64,000 nt of DNA from Takakia lepidozioides. Its lineage: Eukaryota > Plantae > Bryophyta. Location: contig CM060733.1 of NCBI GenBank assembly GCA_030704615.1, positions 52,390,001-52,454,000 on the forward strand, given 5' to 3'. Every line of letters begins with the position of its first letter. Positions within the stretch are counted from its first letter, which is position 1. Shown here in pieces: positions 51,900 through 63,733 of this stretch. The notes beneath the pieces were generated by a model that had not been told where the DNA came from, did no database searches, and worked only from the letters and a program-made list of their open reading frames with translations. Both the position numbers and the translations under genes were made by a program.

Positions 51900-52998
51900 T
51901 GAAGGCATTTGTCTTCTGGACTTGTTTGGCGGGATCAGCACCGGATTGGCTGCTGTGTTACAAGCAGGTGTACGAGTTCGGCGTTACCTGTATGTGGAGA
52001 GGGATGAGACTGCACGACGCGTTTCACTTCGCCATGTTGCTCAGTTGGTGCAGCGGTACCCTGAGTTGTTGTCGGTGTCTGCAATTCGTGGATATCAGCA
52101 GGCCTTGTCAGCAGACATTTCGTTGCTGGGGGCGCAGGATTTGGAGCGGGTTGGCTCCATTGATCTGGTAGTGGCAGGTTGGCCCTGCCAAGGGCATTCA
52201 TCAGCCGGGCATGGCAATGGATTGCGAGACTCGAGGTCGGGTCTGTTTTGGGAGATGGTGCGGGTTTTGCGCCACTTGCAGCTTCATCAAGCTGTATCTC
52301 CAGTGGGATGCTCAGTTGCAGCAGTTAGTGGAGCCTAATGCTGATGAGCGGAGCGGGCAATGGGTTTTAACCACTGTCCACGCGTGTGTCTCTTTCTAGG
52401 CATCACGTCGTCAAGTGTTGGGGCAAGCAATGGATCTCAATTGCTTGACCTGGATTATCAGCTTGGCTCTGGCTGAGCAACGCAGAGTGCGGAATACACT
52501 TCCCAATGGTCTCTTTGCCTACCGGAACGGTACAGGCAGTGACTGAGGGCGAGCATGTGAGGACCACGGGGTGCATGCATCCATGGCACACGTGGGAGGT
52601 GCTCGAGGTTCAAAGGGAGTTGGCATCCAGGTCCACTATCCGGATCGCATGCGATCCTGGGAAGCTGAGCAGTGTAGGTAATGCTGCTCGTGGTTGACCC
52701 ACCTTGTTGACCACTGCCAAAGGTGAACGTCATGATCGGGTCCACAGTTGAGAGTGCTCACGTGTCCAGAATGTTATCCACTGTGAGATGTGCTGGCCGC
52801 TGGCACCCCATCATGCAGCTTGAGCAGTTGCAGCTTGGCATCAAGTTAGTCCACCATAGCCGTGGACGATGAGCCGTGACCCCACTGTAGTCTGCCTCTA
52901 GCACAACTGCTGGCCAGTAGCCACGACCGGACTTGATGCACACTGGCCATCACCCTGGCCCGTGAATCGCCCATCAGTGGCAGTTCAGCCAAGGCGTA
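51900..52998 (+). other. DNMT3-like C5-cytosine methyltransferase domain inside pol; central block inverted at about 52626-52998
   Basis: Motif I LDLFGGI, motif II YVERD, motif IV DLVVAGWPCQGHS and SGLFWEMVRVL. Motif VIII AHRPRLWWTNL is on the minus strand. Motifs IX/X: ERxxxMGF and RRQVLGQAMDL. Confidence 0.9.
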
Positions 52999-55900
52999 TG
53001 TGATGGATGAGGTTGGGGATTCTTCTCGGGTTGAGGAGGTCCTCAAGGATGAGATGATGGGGCAGGATGAGGCCTTGTCATTGACTGAGCAGGCAGGGAG
53101 TACTGCTCAAGAGGTTGCAACATAGCAACCACTGGACGCGTCCTCTACCTCTAAGCCCACTGGACTTAAGGTTGCAGTTACGGAGGACAATTGGGAGCCT
53201 GACATTGGACCCATTGTCACCGGAGGAGAGAGACGACGTATACGGCGGTTCCTGAGGGCTTACAGGAATTGCTTTGCCTTCAGTTTGAAGGACTTGGGAG
53301 CACTGAAGGGTCAAGAGATCCGTATTGAGTTGGCCACTGACACGCCAATCTTTTCGGAGACCCTATAGATACAGTGACATGGAGAGGTCTTTGATTCAGA
53401 TGAGGACTCAAGATCTCTGGGAGGCAGGTTTGGTGGAGCTCTCTGGTGGAGAGTATGCTTCAGCCACAGTGATGCCAGCCAAGAAGGATGTCTATGGCAA
53501 TTGGACGGAGAGACGTATGTGCGGTGATTACCGGCCTGTAAATCGTCAGACCAAGTCCGATAAGTATGCCATGCCAACACCAGAGGAGATCTTTGATGCC
53601 ATCGGGCATGCTAAGGCCTTTAGCACTTTGGATTTACGATCCGGATATCACCAGTTGCCAATCAAGGAGGCGGACAAGCAGAAGACGGCATTCTGGGGGA
53701 TCAATGAGCACGGCAAGGATTGCCTATATCAGTGGCGGTTCTTACCATTTGGGCTTAAGAATGCTCCTGCAGAGTTTCAGAGAGTCATGGATAGGATTCT
53801 AGCAGGGGTGGACTTTGCTCGGTGCTACATAGATGACATCATCATCTTTAGTGTTACGATGGAGGAGCATGAGAGACACCTTCAGGTGGTATTGGAGCGC
53901 TTGAGAGCGCACGGATTGAAGTTGCATCCGGGGAAGTGCAAGTTTTTCCACAACCAGATTGAGTATCTGGGTCACATGATATATCCTGGATTGGGGTACG
54001 TACAGCAGACTAAGGTAGAGGCCATTGCACAAATTCCACGCCCCACGGATGTGAGCCGAGTTCGAGCTTTCATGGGGTTGGCAAACTATTATAGACGGTT
54101 TGTCAAGGGATTTAGTACCATTGCAAAGGCTCTAACCAACCAGCTGACCAAGGTGGACCAGGAGTGGCAGTGGGAAGATGAGCAGGAACGAGCTTTTCAA
54201 GAGCTCAAGGCGAGGTTGACCTCGGCGCCTATCCTGAGACGACCTATCAGGGGCGTCCCTTTCAGCTGCATACGGATTGGAGCATGCTGGGGCTTGGAGC
54301 GGTGCTCACACAGGTGGATGATGAGGGAAGAGAGTTCGTAGTGGCTTATGCTAGCCGCTCGAACAACGCTGCAGAGGCTAAGTACAGCTCATATGAGGGA
54401 GAGTGCTTAGCTGCAGTGTGGGCCGTGGCACACTTCAGGTGCTATCTATACGGCAATCTTTTCACCCTTGTCACGGATCACCAGCCACTCAAGTGGTTGA
54501 TGGAGTCAGACAAGCTTACGGGGAAGCTTGCACGGTGGGCACTTATACTCCAGGAGTATGACTTTCAGGTTGTGCATCGACCGGGTTTGGTCAATCGGGA
54601 TGCGGATGGATTGAGTCGCAATCCATGCATGAGCCAGCAGGATGACACTGGAGCTCGGTGGCATGGTGAGACGGACGAGGAGATGGTGCCGGGATGGCAC
54701 GCATCTGCATTTTTGTGTATCTTGGCATCGGGAGGTCAGATTGGACCTACAACAGGATGACTGTAGACGGAGTGTCTGAGGACCCTGAGGCTAGTGATGA
54801 GCTAGGTGGTGCCAGAGATATACATGAGGATTCGGCTGTGTTGGACTACCTCCGCACGGGAGACACGGCAGCCATTGTGACTGCCAGGGAGAGGGATCGG
54901 ATCCTGCAACGAGCCAAGAGGTTCAAGTGGAGGGGATACACCTACTTCGAGTGTGGGAGGATGGTCGGGTGAGGATTGTGCCTCACCCCACACAGCGTGC
55001 ACGGTTAGTGCGGCATGCCCATGAGGAGTTGGGGCATTTTGGAGTGCGACGCACTCACAGTTTACTGCAGGGGCAGTATTGGTGGCGTGGTATGCATACA
55101 GAGGTGCAACAGTTCGTGGCTAGGTGCATGGTGTGTGTGACAGGGTGCGTGCTTCATTCAACCGCCCTACACCACAGTTGCATCCTTTACCAATCATGGG
55201 ATTGGGCTACAGGTGGAGTCTTGACTTCGCAGGACCGTTGCCACTGACTATGCGCCACCACAGATATGTGTTGTGTGATGGTGGAGCACTTCTCCAAGTG
55301 GATTGAGTTGGTTCCATTGCCTGACAAGGCTAGTGAGGGGGCTGCGTATGCATTCTTGGATCGTGTGCTTAGCCGATTTGGTGCTCCAGCTGAGGTACTC
55401 ACGGACCAAGGGAGAGAGTTTTTGGGGGAGTTTCAGGCTTTGTGTGATAAAGCCTTGATAGACCACCGCACCACTTTCTCGGGATCATCCTGAGGCCGAT
55501 GGCTTAGCAGAGAGAGTTGTTCAGACGGTGAAGAGGGGTTTGCGCAAGTATGGCTTGCAGAAGGGACACCTAGGAGATTGGGATCTTCAGGTTCCTTGGT
55601 TAGCCATGGGCTACAGGTTCAGCAAACAAGCATCACTTGCCTCCTTCTCACCATATTTCCTTCTCTTTGGCCGAGAGCCGGATTTGCCTGCAGCCATTCG
55701 TAGGGACACTGCTCAAGTCCTTAACCTTGACGATCCGGACGTGTGGGTACGTGCATGTGATCAGCGTGCAGAGTTGTTCAAGAAAGTCATGCCCATGGCT
55801 TTTGAGAACCTTGCCATTGCACAGCACCGTGATACGTTGAGGTATGCCACTATACGTGGTGGAGGATATCGTCCTGGGGTTCGGAGGTTTAGCCCTGGTG

Positions 55901-56121
55901 ACTATGTTTATTTGCAGCAGACTGCTCCTACGACTCTGGATGTTACTGCAGGGCGTGTTATTCTGAGGGTTCGAGAGGTGTTGCCCTCAGGGGTCCTGAT
56001 CTTGGAGGGTCGGGATGGCATGACTTGGAAGGACCATGTGCGTAATTGTGCGCCATGTCACCTTCCCAATGTCGATGGCAGAGTTGACCCAAACTTGGCA
56101 GTGGTACCTGCAGGTTTGAGG

Positions 56122-56255
56122 TGCATGCTCTGTGGGTCTGCCAAAGGGCAGCCACCATGCTGGTGTGTGATCGATGCTCAAGGGGTTGGCATATGGGATG
56201 CTTGACACCACCTCTTGAGAAGGTTCCTGACGGAGATTGGTTGTGTCCACACTGC
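56122..56255 (+). other. PHD finger at the integrase C-terminus
   Basis: CMLC...MLVCDRCSRGWHMGCLTPPLEKVPDGDWLCPHC (C4HC3), with one frameshift. Confidence 0.9.
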
Positions 56256-56493
56256 TTGGGATATGTGGCAGTGGACATGACTGGAGGCAGCTAACAAGAC
56301 ATGGGAGACCAAGCTCAATTTCACAGGTTGCAAGACGGCGACTAACGATGGGGCAACTCTTGCACCGGCCTCTTGATCTATCGAGTTTGAGTGTAGTAGG
56401 GATAGTGGTGGAGGACTTAGTGAGGCTATGGTCACTATCACATCTTGTGGCTACCTGGACTTAGAGGGACCTAAGCACCAGCTAGGGGGCGAT

Positions 56494-57211
56494 TGTGTGG
56501 ACTAGTGACTGCCCATAGTGGGCAGCATAGTGGCAGCCTAGTGACTGACTAGTTGTAGCCTAGTGGTTGGACTAGTGGCTGACTAGTGGTGGACTAGTGG
56601 TATACTAGTGTGTGGTGTGCACATGTTTTGTGGTTTTTTGGACAGCGATGTAGTTGTGTAGCGATATGTATGCGCACGACAGCTGCTGTCAAGTTATTTT
56701 ACCACTAGTGTGAAACTAGCTAGGAAATAGCTAGCTTTTACATATTGACATTTGGGATTGGCCCAAGTGTCAATCCAGGGGTCAAGGCAGATTTAGGCCC
56801 TGGAGTGGTTATCTTCACGGCAAGCGCGGAAGGCTCATCTTTCTCGAGTTGAGCCTCACCGCGCCTAGCTATGGCACCGTAGTGTGGATTCCCCATGGCA
56901 TGGGGTGCACGTGGCTTGACTTGTATTTTGAGTGATGAGGTTATATATGCATGAGTTTATGCTTCAGCTTTGTGAGCTCTCATGAGCTTGTGCTTGTATT
57001 CTTCTTTCTTCTTTATCATTGTGTGGACTAGTGACTGCCATAGTGGGGCATCAGCATAGTGGCAGCCTAGTGACTGACTAGTTGTAGCCTAGTGGTTGGA
57101 CTAGTGGCTGGACTAGTGGTGGACTAGTGGTATACTAGTGTGTGGTGTGCACATGTGTTGTGTGGTTTTGGACAGCGATGTAGTTGTGTAGCGATATGTA
57201 TGCGCACGACA
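56494..57211 (+). repeat. Right-end repeat block: B1 (56494-56681), GCTGC, A2 (56687-57018), T, B2 (57020-57211)
   Basis: B1 follows the purine tract AGGGGG (about 56484-56489). B1 and B2 are near-identical, rich in CTAGT motifs, and both end CGCACGACA. Confidence 0.95.
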
Positions 57212-57512
57212 TCTTGCTTCTAGTGCAATGTACACTGCTGATTGGTATAAATGTTTGATAGTTCCTGTAGTCAAGTTCTGCTAAAACATCAGTCATCGGC
57301 CATCAGTCATCAGCAAATTTTCCATGTGTCCTTGGGTATTTAAAATTGAAGGTGCTTAAGGAAATTTACAGGCTACCTTAAATTTAAAGTGCTCCGTGTA
57401 AGACCACGACAACTAAACCATAGGAAGCTAACTATGCCCCCCGCACCTGGCTGTTGTTAGCATGTCATTATCCGCTACAACACTGGTAGCTAGTAGTGCC
57501 GCTAAGAAATTA

Positions 57513-59112
57513 GGGGATGCTATTCTGTGAGCAGTTCCCTGCGAGCAGAAAAAAAATCATGAGCAGAAATCGCCTCACGCTTCGAATCTGTCCCACCTAT
57601 AACCGCGGGCGCCTACTAGAAGACCTATTACTACGCATAGTGGCCAGTATTACAAGCTCGGTTATGGATACTGTTGGGATGAATGACAGATGAATGTCTG
57701 TAATGATGAATGAGACATGGATGAATGAAATAAATGAAATAATACAAAGTTGTTTTGCAGTAGTAGCTCCCAAATCCCCCGAGCTCCGAAATCCTTTAAA
57801 CCATGCTAGTCTTGCTTGCAAATCAATTGTGAAAGTGCAGTGTATATTGCCAACAATAATCCACATGCTTATGTGGATGAGATGGGTTTACTATGTCATT
57901 TTCTAGGTATCTCCAAGGTTGAGAGAAATGCTCACACCCAATCTAAAGAAGGCAGAGAGGTGAACTCGTGCTTTATAAATAAACATTTAAAACACGTACT
58001 TAGGAATTAAGATGTCTTGACGACCCTTAATCCCCCAGCACCTGCCACACACCACCTACCGCCAAGGCTTGTTCGCCATCAGATTTTTTTTGGTGAATTT
58101 TTTTGGGGTTTTTGATTTTTCCATGAATTGTCATATGCCAACTCGTATTGGGAATTAAGATGTCGTTGACAACACCTTAATCCCCAACACCTGCACACAC
58201 ACCGCCTTACCGCCAAGGCTTGTTTCACATCAGATTTTTGTAGGTTAAATTTTTTTGGGCGAATTTTTTTGGCGTTTTTGGTTTTTTCCATGAATTGTCA
58301 TGTGCCAACTCGTACTGGGAATAAGATGTCGTTGACGACACCTTAATTCTGAGGCACCTTGCACACACACCACGCCTTACCGCCAGACTGTTCGCCATCA
58401 GATTTTTTTGGGTTGAAAGTTTTTGGGTGATTTTTTTTGGGGGTTTTGGGTTTTCCATGAATTGTCATGTGCCAACTCGTACTGGGAATTAAGATGTCGT
58501 TGACGACACCTTAATCTGGCACATTCGGGAGAAGAAAATAAAAATAAAATAAAAATGGATTTTTTTTTTAAAAAAAAACTTGCTGACGACACCTTAATCC
58601 CCACCACCTGCACACATACCGCCTTACCGGCAAGGCTTCTCGCCTTGAATTTTTTTGGGTTGAAATTTTTTTGGTTAACGTTTATGGGAAAAAAAAATTC
58701 GGGGATTTTGGTTTTTTCCGTAAGCTGTCATGTGCCAACTCGTACTGGGAATTAAGATGTCGTTGACGACACCTTAATCCCGAGCACCTGCACACGCACC
58801 ATGTTTCATTCATGTCGCTCATTTTTTATCCAAAAGTCATCCAACATTCATCCATTCCTTTTTTTATTCATCTCAAAACCATTCACCCGGCAGCTTTTCA
58901 TCGTACATTCGTACCATATGGTCGTCACCCAGCAAGGATTCTTCCGTCAGATGGGGGTGGAGATTGCGTCCATGCAGTGTAGTTTTGGTCCACGGCAATA
59001 TGCCATCTTTTTCCCTTGGTTGTAGGATCCCATTCACTAATCTGCTCACGCTTAAGGGATTCTGCTCACGTTTACCACTTAAAGCGGAATTGCTCACACG
59101 GTAGCTACCCTC
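57513..59112. mobile_element. Non-autonomous Mutator-like element (1.6 kb)
   Basis: 9-bp TSD AAGAAATTA (57504-57512, 59113-59121). Imperfect TIRs containing TGTGAGCA(G/A)TTCC. No credible ORF. Confidence 0.78.
58006..58778. repeat. Tandem ~150-170-bp units each with the palindrome ATTAAGATGTCGT-TG-ACGACACCTTAAT
   Basis: Copies at about 58006 (degenerate), 58154, 58321, 58488, 58584 (half) and 58751. Confidence 0.92.
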
Positions 59113-59211
59113 AAGAAATTAGGGCATGACTGCACCAGGTGTGGACGAATAATAAATATTTGCCTTTAGCCGTAAGGCAAAGTGGCTCTTAGTTACGCCG
59201 GCTTTGGCTGG

Positions 59212-59216
<5 letters not shown>

Positions 59217-59309
<93 letters not shown>

Positions 59310-59332
59310 ATCTCTCTCTCTCTCTCTCTCTC
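59217..59332 (+). repeat. (CT)n microsatellite
   Basis: Directly visible. Confidence 0.97.
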
Positions 59333-59599
59333 GCTTCTTTGCCTTTAACGTGATAAAAAAAATATTGAAATAAGTTGACGCACTGAATTAGGAGAAGCCA
59401 TGTTACTCGTTTTGTTGATTCAGGTTGTTACGTATAAGAGTCGGGCCCTCAAGTCCAGGAATGTGCCCTCGCACTCAGGGCCTTTTCCCTGCATAAGGAA
59501 ATGCCAAATTTTTAATATATATTCCCATTTTAAAAAAAAATCATGTATAAAAGAATTGTCAAAATCTTTACGATTTTGTTTAGGGACATAATACAGCAT

Positions 59600-60650
59600 T
59601 GGAAGTAAGAGGAATGTGAGGGGTACATTCCACATCTCTACAATGGAGCCGATGAGGATCTTCAGATCTGCCAAGGCAGAATGTACCTTGATGGATTGTG
59701 CTTTCTAAGGGCACAATAAATACAAAAGAATATTTTGGAAGTTCTTTACATGTAGGGTATAAAGGGCCTGAGTAAGGGGGCTTCATAGACTATTCACGTC
59801 TATGAGTCCACTGTTCAAAGCATAGCCGAGTGACAAGCCGCCGAGAAGGCCCTTACCATGCGTTAAGGACAAGTGGGGGTGGTGTATCCTACTGCCCAGC
59901 TCGGCCCCGTGGTTACAAACTAATGTGACCCCTTCTGAGAAGAGAGTAGGTTTTGAGTTGGATCCACAACTATAAGCCAGATTCCACCACTCGATCTACA
60001 AAGTCTTTGTGGTCAACACTTCCAATCACTTCTATCATTTCTAGGAAATCAGTTGGACTCCGTGAAAACTGAGACTTAACTACATAAAATGGAGAACAGT
60101 GACTTGTATTTATTTATTTTTTAAATAGAGGAAGGCCGATGGAAGGGAGGAAAAAATAACCTTGAGTACAACCATGGAGGATGAAAAAGGAGGCATCACC
60201 CGGTGACCAAGTTCTGAAATGGGAACTACAGAGGAATGGAATCCCTGAGCAGCAAATGAGAACCAAATGTTACAATCCTCTTTCCAAAATCTTGTCTTGT
60301 CCCACTAGTTTACTCTCTCTGATTCTTTTAGAGATGGGAATATGAGGCATGGTCATCAAACTTCACCTTATACTCAGCCACACTCTTCTACCCTAGCATA
60401 GATCCATTAGTCCCACCTTCATTTGGTGGGCATAGTCCTGTGGCATGTACTGCTCTCTGAAAACACGCTGAAATTTGGCCCAGGTATTAATGGAATCCGA
60501 CGCATGCCAATCTCTTCTTGACTTATCTTTCATTCTTATCCACTATTCTTTAGCTTTTCCCCGCATCTGTAAGGACGCAGTGCGGATCTTATCTGCATCC
60601 GTGTAATCTTCACAGAAGAACTCTTCTAAGGTCTCTAAGAATTTTCAGTA
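59600..60650 (-). pseudogene. Decayed retrotransposon gag remnant
   Basis: EEFFCEDYTDADKIRTASLQMRGKAKE*W...TWAKFQRVFREQYMP on the minus strand resembles Retrotrans_gag. Confidence 0.55.
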
Positions 60651-62219
60651 CTGTGCACAGTATAGTTTGGACATAGAGTAAACCAGTGGGATAGGACAAG
60701 ATTTAAGAAAGAGGATTGTAACATTTGGAACTAAGCACTAACCTAATTATGCGTAGAGAGAAAAAAAGACTCCTGAGCTTAAGATTTCCTATCTTAAGGC
60801 ATATAGTCAGAGCCAACTCGGTGACCAAGTTCTGAAAAACAGAGAAGCATAGACGATCGTACCTCTAGAGCAGCACATACGAAGAAGAGCTAAGCACTAC
60901 CCCTTTTAATACGCTTAAATCAAAGGACAACTGAGCTTTAGATTTTCCTTTCATAAGGCTCTATGGGAGAATATTGAGCACTAGCGGAGCTCGGGCGGCA
61001 TGCTCGGAAGTAGTCGTTCTAGAGAACCTTTGAATCAAAGGTTTTGGAGCAGAGGCTTCCCCCTTTTCCCCAGATGTTGTCAAAATCAGCGAGTAGCTGT
61101 CGTCGCCTTCTCTTGGAGCTTTTGGAAAAAACTGCACACAAAGTACGCGAAGCCTTACGGGCTTCAGACATGATGTCTGAGTGAACCTTGTACAACATTG
61201 CTCTAACTAACTTGTACTTATATTTTGGATTCTCCTTATCATGGTAAGTCTAATATATTTATAACACATTTTTTGGGTATGTGGCTGCCTCTCATATATA
61301 TATATATATTAAAATGAGAATATATATATATATAACTTATTTGATTTCATACACAAATAAAATAACTCATATCTCTATTAGTTTTGGGATTATGTGATGA
61401 ATATTAGATTTTTTTTTAAATTAATCTCAATATTCTCAATTTCTTTTTTCAATTATTTATTTTGACTATGTTTGGAAATATCCTGATATGTAGGGTCTAA
61501 GCTCATACCAATGTTGGTCTGGTATATTGTTAAAAGACTTGTATAAATATTGGTTTATATACCAGGCTAGCGGTTTTTTATTGGCGATTTTTCGCCTATT
61601 GGTCGCCTGAAAATCCCCTTGACACATGAAACAAAAGGAAAAAGACGCCCAAATAAGGCAGTTTTCGCCAAAAATTGGGGGTCTCTAAAAGGTCCTCGCC
61701 CATGGACCCAGGGGGCAACACAGATGTCGTCATGGCGGGCCCCATGCAGGATGATCTGACACGCTAGATGAGAAATGGGTTTAGGGTTGTGGGGCCTCCT
61801 CCGTTTTCCATGGAGATGCTCGTCGCATGTTTTGCCTATGCGTATAAAGCTTCTCGCCGCATGCAATCTAGTAGGTCGTCGATGCTGTCACCACAATTTG
61901 AGTGTTGTTTTTGTGAATGTAGCTAGGATCTAGTAGAGGAGGTGGATAGTTAATGGAGCAGATATGCTAAGATAATTCAGCAGATATGGTGGGAGGTAGA
62001 AGATTTGTTGGTAATGGCAACGTCTTTGGATGGCGGCTACAAATTGGAGCACCAAGCAACATGAGGTGCAGTTACAATTCCGAGTTCTGTAGATATATAT
62101 TCACTCTCACCCTCAACTCCAAATGTAGTATGTTTTGGTGCATATTAAATGGTTGCAGTGCATCTTTGTGTGGGCTTCAAACTGGCTTAGGTGTTTGGTT
62201 TCGAAGTTTGGCAACCAGG

Positions 62220-62925
62220 ATGGCTCCAATGAAGATGCATAAGGGTTTTAAGTACAAATACTTCTTCTCTGATCGTGTTCCAGGAGATGTGGCAGAGGAA
62301 ATTGTTGGATCCCAATCCTCCAATTGTGTTGCTTCCAATTTTGAAGTGCATGAGGAAACTGACTGCGTGGTTGTTGACCCAGCTACTGATAAGGCTGATA
62401 TAGAGTTGTCTAAGAAGGAAAAGAAAAGCTATGTGTTGAATCGTCATTTCGATGATACATAAGATACTAAATTGCCATGGGCTAAGTCTGTGCATGGTGA
62501 GGATGATCGTGTGCACCACGTCAAGTGCAAGGTTTGTTCTTTTGTTGAGGGAAGGAACAAACTTTTGGTCCCAAAGTTAGACTCCCTTGGGAAATACGCT
62601 GCTAGGCACAAGGCATTGGTTGCCATAAAGGATGTGAAGAAGAGAGAGTACTATTTTCTGAAAAACAACCTCCATACTCAAAGAGAAAAGGTCTATGCAG
62701 CTAGTGCAGGCAGGGATTCCATTGCCCAACAAGTACAAGCTGACACCACTGTTGATAGAAAGAAGAAACTTGTTCAATTTACTACTGTCTTTACTTCATC
62801 ACAACATGACAGACCTATGTGTGAGTATTCGTAGCATATGCAAAACTTGTTTAGGTTTTTGAAGGTCAGTAATAACCCAGTCAAGCATTGGTTTGACAAT
62901 AGTGGGTAGGAGATGGCAGACCATT
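62220..62925 (+). pseudogene. hAT-like transposase N-terminal zinc-finger region, disrupted
   Basis: LPWAKSV...VKCKVCSFVEG..KLLVPKLDSL...H and RPMCEY...KHW..NSG*EMA, with stops. Resembles ZNF862/C17orf113-type hAT N-termini. Confidence 0.6.
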
Positions 62926-63028
62926 TTGGTGTTCTCACTGGTCGATAGTCTAGAACCGACCTAAGTAGTTTTTGCAAGAATTTCTAGATTTGTTAACAGT
63001 CAGACAAATAAAATAAAAATGTCCATAC

Positions 63029-63654
63029 CAGTGTTGGACCGGTATATAGGTCCAACCCCGGGTAGGTAAGACCATTCCCGGCTGGTAGGTAGGCTGGCCA
63101 ATACCCCGGGCAATACCACTACGGGCAATATATATCTTACTCCACGTTGCGGAATATACCATACCCGACTGGTATTGCGAGGGACGAGATTGTTGTTGAT
63201 ACCAGTATTGTTGCGATGTGAGCCTCCAAACAGCACAGTAGTAATAGTAATAGTGATAGTAATAGTAATAGTAATAAGAATAGTAAAGATAATAGTAATA
63301 AAAATAAGGATAGTGATAATGATAGTAGTTGATAATAGTAGTGATAATAGCAGTAATATCAGTAGTAATTGTGATCCACGAAGGTCCTTTTATTTTTCAG
63401 GTTATTGAGTATTTTCTTGAATATATTGAATATTCTATATACCTATCCCGGAAATTTTCATATTCCCTCATATGAGATGGAAAAAAATAAGTATTGATAC
63501 CCTACTCTATACAGCCACAAATTTACGTTATTGATACCCCTCCTATACCCTACCCGCCCCCTTACCCCAATACCAGGACCATACCGGTCTTGGGAAATAT
63601 GGGCCCTTGTGACAAGTCTCGGTATCATATTTTTGTGATACCAATCCAAGACTG
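63029..63654. mobile_element. hAT-type MITE
   Basis: TIR CAGTGTTGGA / TCCAAGACTG. TSD GTCCATAC / GTCCATAT (7 of 8). Internal (TAATAG)n. Confidence 0.8.
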
Positions 63655-63733
63655 GTCCATATGCCTCTCTCACACATCTTCAATGTTTTAAGGGGCATGA
63701 ATTAAAAATTAAACTTGTGCAGGTTTTCAAAGC

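Larger units (their letters stand above)
50849..56255 (+). pseudogene. Pol polyprotein (protease, DNMT, RT, RNase H, integrase, PHD) with multiple frameshifts
   Basis: VLLDSGAQ (protease); RMCGDYRPVN, LDLRSGYHQ, PFGLKNAP, YIDD (RT); YSSYEGECLA, TDHQPL, DADGLSR (RNase H); HEELGH...CMVC, LDFAG, TDQG, AERV (integrase). Confidence 0.93.
45285..57211 (+). mobile_element. Ty3/Gypsy retrotransposon with C5 DNA methyltransferase and PHD domains and split direct repeats (A...B-A-B)
   Basis: Order gag-PR-DNMT-RT-RH-INT-PHD. Termini TGTC...GACA. TCTT flanks both ends (45281-45284, 57212-57215). Confidence 0.9.

Noticed and set aside
45285-57211. Classification as a DIRS/Ngaro tyrosine-recombinase element
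   Set aside because: It encodes an aspartic protease and an HHCC/DDE integrase in Gypsy order, and no tyrosine recombinase motifs were seen. Only the repeat layout is DIRS-like.
58006-58778. CRISPR-like array of 28-bp palindromes
   Set aside because: The whole ~165-bp unit is repeated, so there are no unique spacers. It sits inside a TIR/TSD-bounded element.
59182-59373. Ser/Leu-repeat ORF
   Set aside because: Translation of the (CT)n microsatellite.
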